From: Candidatus Levyibacteriota bacterium | GTDB lineage: Bacteria > Patescibacteriota > Microgenomatia > Levybacterales > UBA12049 | Assembly: GCA_963722305.1 (NCBI GenBank) | Contig: CAVRKE010000002.1 | Span: 187,878-251,877, forward strand | DNA: 64,000 nucleotides | Direction of reading: 5' to 3' | In this document: positions 59,117-64,000 of the stretch, piece after piece | Numbering within the stretch: position 1 is the stretch's first letter | How the letters are laid out: the number at the start of each line of letters is the position of its first letter | Made by a program: the position numbers and the translations under genes | Notes under the pieces: model-generated | Databases searched by the model: none | What the model was told of the DNA's origin: nothing | Seen by the model: only the letters and a program-made list of their open reading frames with translations

Positions 59117-59758
59117 TCAAGAGCTAGGTTTTATTTCAATTTTAATTTGCTTATCGGTTTCTCTGGAAAACTTGTTGATGACCCTGATTGGAACAATTGT
59201 TTCACCCGGAAAAACATTGATGGTTTTTTTAAACGTCCCGTCTTCCCCTACCGAAACAAGGCTCATTCCGACATAAACTGTGGCGTTAGGGTCGGTTTTC
59301 CCAACAATGGTCACCTGCGAAGAAGAAATACTGAAGTTTTTTGTCGGGGAGATTATCTCAAGCGGCGGATTAATAAAGGCATAGCGGTACTGAAATAAAA
59401 TATAGGCAATAAATAATACAAAAGCGATAATCAGTAAAGCGAATGTTTGCTTAAGTCTAAATCTTGAAACCGGAAATTCTTCTGTTTTTTCAAAACCTTT
59501 CGGCAAAACTTGATAGGCCTTTTCTTCATCAAATTCTCTCTTAAAAAGGGGCATTATTTCCTTTTCAGGTAGTCCCAAAAAACTGGCATAATTTCTGACA
59601 AAGCCATAGGCATAGGAAGCTGAAGAAAGTTTGTCATATTTCCCTTCTTCGATATACTCCAGAAACTCTTGCTTGATTTTTGTTCCTTTGGAGACATCTT
59701 CAAGGGTGAGGTCTTTTTCAAGACGGGTCCTTCGCAGTTTTTCGCCGGCTTTTGTCAT
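59117..59758 (-). CDS. rodZ: RodZ-like cytoskeleton protein (XRE-type HTH plus transmembrane segment)
   Basis: N-terminal HTH (LTLEDVSKGTKIKQEFLEYIEEG), a transmembrane helix, and a periplasmic beta domain. Confidence 0.7.
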   Translation of the reverse strand: MTKAGEKLRRTRLEKDLTLEDVSKGTKIKQEFLEYIEEGKYDKLSSASYAYGFVRNYASFLGLPEKEIMPLFKREFDEEKAYQVLPKGFEKTEEFPVSRFRLKQTFALLIIAFVLFIAYILFQYRYAFINPPLEIISPTKNFSISSSQVTIVGKTDPNATVYVGMSLVSVGEDGTFKKTINVFPGETIVPIRVINKFSRETDKQIKIEIKPSS

Positions 59759-59764
59759 AAGGCT

Positions 59765-61885
59765 TTAGGAAGATTGATTTATATTTGCAATAAATTCTTC
59801 GGCGTCCCTGATTAAAACATCGCGGGGCTTACTTCCTTCGGCTCTGCCCACCGCTCCGACTGCCTCCAATTGGTCTAAAATTCTGGCAGCCCTTGAATAG
59901 CCAATCGAAAGCCTTCTTTGTAGAAGTGATGCCGAAGCTTTATCGTGTTGGCAAATAATTCTAATCGACTCATCAAACAGATTATCCCGTCCGTCTGTAC
60001 CCATCGACGCCATTCCTTTTTTAAGCACCAACGGTACGGATAAAACTTCTTCCGTGTATTGAACCGGCGGGTTTTCGTTTTTGAGGAAATCCACCAGTCT
60101 GCGGACTTCTTTTTCCGAAACAAACGCTCCCTGGATACGGGTTGGTTTGGCCTGTTCCGGTGGAATATACAACATGTCTCCCCGGCCTAACAGTTTTTCC
60201 GCACCCGGCGTATCGATAATCACCCGGGAGTCAATCATTGAAGAAACATTGAAAGCAATACGGCAAGGAATATTTGCTTTGATAAGCCCGGTGATGACGT
60301 CTACCGACGGCCGCTGCGTTGAAACAACCAAATGAATTCCGGTCGCCCTGGCCATTTGGGCCAGTCTGGCAATTGCATCTTCGACCTCAACCGGTGCATA
60401 AGCCATTAAATCCGCCAATTCATCAATGAAAATCACGATGTAGGGAAGCGTCTGGAATCCGGCTAATTCATTATATCCGTCAATATTTCTCACTCCATGC
60501 TCGGCAAAAGTTTTGTATCTTCTATCCATTTCGCCCAGTGCCCATTTCAGTGAGGCCAAAATCTGGTCCACCTCAACAATTACCGGGGTCATCAAATGCG
60601 GAATTCCGTTGTAGCCGGTAAGCTCGACTCTTTTCGGGTCAACCAAAATCAGTTTTAGCTCATCCGGTGTTGCTCTAAACAGCAGCGAGGCGATGAATGA
60701 ATTAATCAACACCGATTTTCCGGAACCAGTTGTTCCGGCAACCAAAACATGGGGCATTTTGGCGATATCGGCCATCAGGGGATTTCCCGAAACATCAAGA
60801 CCCAAAGAAACGGCCAATTTTGATTTGTTTTTGCGCATCAAATCCGACGAGAGCATTGTTCTTAAAGTAACAATTTCCAGTGAACGGTTTGGGATTTCAA
60901 TACCGACCAGATTTCTTCCGGGAATTGGTGCTTCAATCCTAATTTGTCCGGTCGGAGCTTCGGTATTTAAAGCCAAATCGTTGGAAAGATTTGTAATTTT
61001 GGAGACTTTTGTCCCAAGTGGAATTTGCAAGGCATATTGGGTGACTGCCGGACCCAAATTTACTTCCACCACTTTTGCGCCAATGCCAAATGACTGCAAA
61101 GTCTCTTCAATTTTTCCCGCAATTTTTTTAACATCTCCCCTGTCGGCTCTCTGCGTTGAGTCATTCGACAACAGGTCCAAAGGCGGCAAATGCCAAACTC
61201 CTCCCTGTCCTGGAGTATTCATTACTAATTTGTCGGAGATAAACGGTCCTTCTTTTTTGAGTGTCGTCACCGGCGCCGGCGTATTAATTTTAACGTCCCT
61301 TGAAGATACGTCTTTGTCTTGCATACCTTTAATGACCATCTTTTTATTTTCTAAAGGCGAGGGGGTTTTTTTGAAAAAACTAAGTGCCCTACCGGGAACA
61401 ATCTTCTGGAAAATTTCTAAAATTCCTCCAAAAATTGAAGCTAATTCATCTACAGAGGTATCAAAGAAAACGATTAAACCGACAAAAATTCCAGCCAAGT
61501 AGACAAAGAATGCACCGATTCCACTTAGAATATTGGCCAGCATCAGGTTCAGACGAAGTCCAATTATTCCTTCTGCGGTTAGTCCTAATAGACAAATGAA
61601 AAAAATTAGAGCTCCGATGGTCACGTTCGGCTTTGAAAGAAAAATTTTCAGCTTTAAAAAGAAAAAGCCGATTAAAACCAAAAGAATCGGAAAAATAATT
61701 GCCGTCCAACCGAAATAAGTCCTTAGATAATCGTTAAGAACAATAAAGGAATTGCCACTTCTGGTAAAGGAAAGCCCGCACAACAGTCCGGCGAGGATAA
61801 CCCCGAAGGCAAAGATGGAATAAACAGTATTCTTTTTCAGCTTAATCTTAAACTTGTGCTTACTATAATGTCTCCTCTTGGCCAT
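59765..61885 (-). CDS. ftsK: DNA translocase FtsK/SpoIIIE
   Basis: N-terminal transmembrane helices, Walker A GTTGSGKS, and a C-terminal gamma (winged-helix) domain. Confidence 0.9.
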   Translation of the reverse strand: MAKRRHYSKHKFKIKLKKNTVYSIFAFGVILAGLLCGLSFTRSGNSFIVLNDYLRTYFGWTAIIFPILLVLIGFFFLKLKIFLSKPNVTIGALIFFICLLGLTAEGIIGLRLNLMLANILSGIGAFFVYLAGIFVGLIVFFDTSVDELASIFGGILEIFQKIVPGRALSFFKKTPSPLENKKMVIKGMQDKDVSSRDVKINTPAPVTTLKKEGPFISDKLVMNTPGQGGVWHLPPLDLLSNDSTQRADRGDVKKIAGKIEETLQSFGIGAKVVEVNLGPAVTQYALQIPLGTKVSKITNLSNDLALNTEAPTGQIRIEAPIPGRNLVGIEIPNRSLEIVTLRTMLSSDLMRKNKSKLAVSLGLDVSGNPLMADIAKMPHVLVAGTTGSGKSVLINSFIASLLFRATPDELKLILVDPKRVELTGYNGIPHLMTPVIVEVDQILASLKWALGEMDRRYKTFAEHGVRNIDGYNELAGFQTLPYIVIFIDELADLMAYAPVEVEDAIARLAQMARATGIHLVVSTQRPSVDVITGLIKANIPCRIAFNVSSMIDSRVIIDTPGAEKLLGRGDMLYIPPEQAKPTRIQGAFVSEKEVRRLVDFLKNENPPVQYTEEVLSVPLVLKKGMASMGTDGRDNLFDESIRIICQHDKASASLLQRRLSIGYSRAARILDQLEAVGAVGRAEGSKPRDVLIRDAEEFIANINQSS

Positions 61886-61945
61886 ATAAGTTATTATAGT
61901 AAGTTTGAAGCGTGACTACAAGTTGAGGGAACCGAAATCTCTTCG

Positions 61946-61970
61946 AGCCATTGGCTCTTAGAGCCAATGG
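61946..61970. repeat. Perfect 12-bp palindrome (gccattggctct / agagccaatggc)
   Basis: Checked base by base. Lies immediately 5' of a copy of the repeated element. Confidence 0.9.
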
Positions 61971-62055
61971 CCTGAGTGAAGTCGAAGGATCGAACAAAGT
62001 CCGAACACACCGAAATTCTTGAAAAGTAAGTCTAGATATAATACTCTTTTATAGT

Positions 62056-62226
62056 ATGCTTTTTACAGAAAAGAAAAAATGTCCTATTTGTAACAGTGAA
62101 AAAGTGGCAGTTTCAAAACCTTCTCTTCTAACCCGCATCACGGAATACATTTGGCCGTTTAAGGGAACCACAAAAACTTTTAACCTCTGTAGCGATTGCA
62201 ACTTTTCCTGGGAAGATGAAGACTAA
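62056..62226 (+). CDS. Small zinc-ribbon protein (56 aa)
   Basis: CPICN...CSDCN. Under the 60-aa cutoff of the ORF track; no obvious Shine-Dalgarno sequence. Confidence 0.4.
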   Translation: MLFTEKKKCPICNSEKVAVSKPSLLTRITEYIWPFKGTTKTFNLCSDCNFSWEDED

Positions 62227-62299
62227 AAAGCGCCTCAAGTTGCCCCTTGAGACGCCAAATATAAACTACTCCAGTTTCCTGAAAAAATGCTTAAAAAGA

Positions 62300-63949
62300 T
62301 TAAACTTCAATAATTACCGGTAAAACCAACGGCCTCTTATGGATTTTTCGATAGATAAATTTCTCCGAAAATTCGCTTATCATCTTTCGCATTAAAAATC
62401 GGTCTTTATTACCTTTTCTTTGCGAAATTTGAATTTTAAGCTCTTTTGCCAAACCTTTTTGGATATCGTTTGTTTCCTGATTGGAAAGTCCTTTGACGAT
62501 AATGTCTAAGTTATCTATTTGGCCATTCACCGTTACTTCGGCAAGGACAACAACCACTCCGTCTGTTGCCAATTTTCGCCTATCTCGAAGCACAAAGCCT
62601 TCGACTTCTTCTCCGGAAATCTGGTCGACATAAACCGTTTCTAAATTTATTTTGTTACCAAGTCGGGCGTTATCTTTTGTAAAGATTACTTCCTGCCCGT
62701 CTTCCAAAAGTAAAATATTTTTCCGCTCGAATCCCTGCTTTTCGGCCAAACTTCGGTAGGCAACCATCTGTCGATAGGTTCCGCCGATTGGCAAAACCAT
62801 TTTGGGACTAACCAAGTTCATCATTAGCATTAAATCTTCGGATGAAGCATGTCCGGAAACATGAAAATCTTCGGAAACCTCCGAGTAGAAAACTTTCGCC
62901 CCAATTCTGGCAATATCGTCAATTAAGGAATAAATTGATACCTCGTTGCCGGGAATTGGGTCTGCCGAAAAAACCACGACATCGTTTGCATTCAAATGGA
63001 TTTCTTTGAACTGCCCGTCAACAATTCTTGATAAAGCGGAATTTTCTTGTCCCTGGCTGCCCGCCACCAGCAGGACAATCTCCGAATCCTTATAATTCTT
63101 GAGCTGGTTGGTTGCAACTTCCATCCCTTTATCAATCTTGATGTAACCAAGCCGCTCGGCAATCTCTTTGGCTTTAATTACAGACCGGCCGACAAAACAA
63201 ACTTTTCTTCCCGACTTCTGGGCTACTTTTAGAACCTGGTTGACTCTGGAAATATTCGATGAATAAGTGGTGACAACAAACTTTCCGTGGCAGTTTTCCA
63301 ATTCCTCTTCAAACGAAGCTGTTAGTTTTGCTTCCGACGGTGTGTGGCCTTTCCTTTCCGAGCCCAAACAATCGGACAGCAAACACAACACTCCTTCTTT
63401 AGAAACCTGGGCAATTTTTTTATAATCCGTTTTCTTCTTGTCAAATGGCGTTAGGTCAAATTTAAAGTCGCTGCCGTGATAGAAATTACCGACCGGAGTC
63501 TTGATGAAGATATTCGAGCTGTCGGGAACCGAATGCGTCACCCTGATAAAATTAAGCGTAAACGAACCAACCCTAACTTCTCCTCCGTCAAAATCCACTT
63601 TTTGCACCCGGGGTGGAAATCCATATTCTTTTAACTTTTCGTTGGCAAGCTCCGCTGTAAGCGGAGTTGCATAAATCGGAAATTGGGGAAGTTCGGGAAG
63701 AATGTAAGGTAAAGCACCGATATGATCTTCGTGGCCGTGAGTCAAAACCATGCCGACAATTCTTTTTCCTTGTAAATTCTTAAGATAGGTTACATCCGGA
63801 ATTAAGAGGTCAACCCCAAGCATTGTCTCATCGGCAAAACCTAAACCGCAATCAACGATTAATACTTCATCTTTATATCCGTAAAGATGCATGTTTTTGG
63901 TGACGTCACCGATTCCTCCTATCGGCAAATATGAGACTGTTTCTTCCAT
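62300..63949 (-). CDS. rnj: Ribonuclease J (beta-CASP metallo-beta-lactamase family)
   Basis: HGHEDHIG motif; 549 aa. Confidence 0.9.
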   Translation of the reverse strand: MEETVSYLPIGGIGDVTKNMHLYGYKDEVLIVDCGLGFADETMLGVDLLIPDVTYLKNLQGKRIVGMVLTHGHEDHIGALPYILPELPQFPIYATPLTAELANEKLKEYGFPPRVQKVDFDGGEVRVGSFTLNFIRVTHSVPDSSNIFIKTPVGNFYHGSDFKFDLTPFDKKKTDYKKIAQVSKEGVLCLLSDCLGSERKGHTPSEAKLTASFEEELENCHGKFVVTTYSSNISRVNQVLKVAQKSGRKVCFVGRSVIKAKEIAERLGYIKIDKGMEVATNQLKNYKDSEIVLLVAGSQGQENSALSRIVDGQFKEIHLNANDVVVFSADPIPGNEVSIYSLIDDIARIGAKVFYSEVSEDFHVSGHASSEDLMLMMNLVSPKMVLPIGGTYRQMVAYRSLAEKQGFERKNILLLEDGQEVIFTKDNARLGNKINLETVYVDQISGEEVEGFVLRDRRKLATDGVVVVLAEVTVNGQIDNLDIIVKGLSNQETNDIQKGLAKELKIQISQRKGNKDRFLMRKMISEFSEKFIYRKIHKRPLVLPVIIEV

Positions 63950-64000
63950 AATTTATACTGCTATGAATTGTTTTAAATTTTGGGCGTTAATTGTAAATTC

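Noticed and set aside
1-64000. CRISPR arrays, rRNA genes, transposases/integrases
   Set aside because: No direct-repeat/spacer arrays were seen. No rRNA-like stretches. No ORF with DDE/tyrosine-recombinase signatures. The tRNA-adjacent islet lacks an integrase.

Overview
This window reads as a Candidate-Phyla-Radiation-like (Patescibacteria-type) bacterial chromosome segment; GC is roughly 40–45% by eye. No rRNA genes or CRISPR arrays are present; the only RNA gene supported is a tRNA-Pro. No search or alignment could be run, so family assignments rest on recognised motifs and gene order.

Three blocks:
- **1–15 kb, accessory/metabolic block.** A tRNA-Pro(GGG) is followed by an AT-rich two-gene cassette of unknown function, tandem rhodanese genes, undecaprenyl-diphosphate synthase, and a complete mevalonate pathway. 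The pathway uses an archaeal-type thiolase / HMG-CoA synthase / DUF35 trio, HMG-CoA reductase, two GHMP kinases and diphosphomevalonate decarboxylase, with a translationally coupled methyltransferase-like gene embedded in it, and IPP isomerase type 1 nearby. An ECF sigma factor with an apparently leaderless promoter sits inside the cluster, and a shortened PEP-utilising enzyme lies just downstream of the isomerase.
- **15–46 kb, one ~32-kb minus-strand translation/transcription supercluster.** The order runs rpoB, rpoC, rpsL, rpsG, fusA, tuf, then the S10, spc and alpha operons through secY, adk, map, infA, rpmJ, rpsM, rpsK, rpsD, rpoA, rplQ, rplM and rpsI. L30 is absent. Three unrelated genes interrupt the canonical order: a 360-aa repeat protein between rpsG and fusA; an opposite-strand AT-rich 174-aa ORF carrying an Rx6H motif between fusA and tuf; and an M23 peptidase plus a small ORF between rpsJ and rplC.
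- **46–64 kb, housekeeping block.** It contains an MFS transporter, hpt, a compact alaS, an actin-like/transmembrane surface protein with an adjacent sortase, an AMP/thymidine-phosphorylase-family enzyme, mltG, rodZ, ftsK and RNase J.

Cross-cutting observations:
- Between about 27.4 and 34.1 kb, at least seven essential genes (rpsC, rplB, rplW, rplC, the M23 peptidase, rpsJ and tuf) carry single-base frameshifts, mostly at homopolymer runs. This looks like an assembly-quality problem rather than biology.
- A short element with the core CTGAGC-N2-3-GTCGAA recurs at least six times, four of them ending 2–4 nt before an ATG; three of those ATGs are annotated start codons (thiolase, the 11763 ORF, the 12033 ORF), the fourth is a plus-strand ATG inside the rplQ tail. 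A companion element GATCGAA-N8-CYGAAC-N5-GAAA occurs in some copies.
- Four independent 7-bp tandem microsatellites are present, one inside the map coding sequence.
- Several promoters share an extended -10 box, TGCTATAAT.
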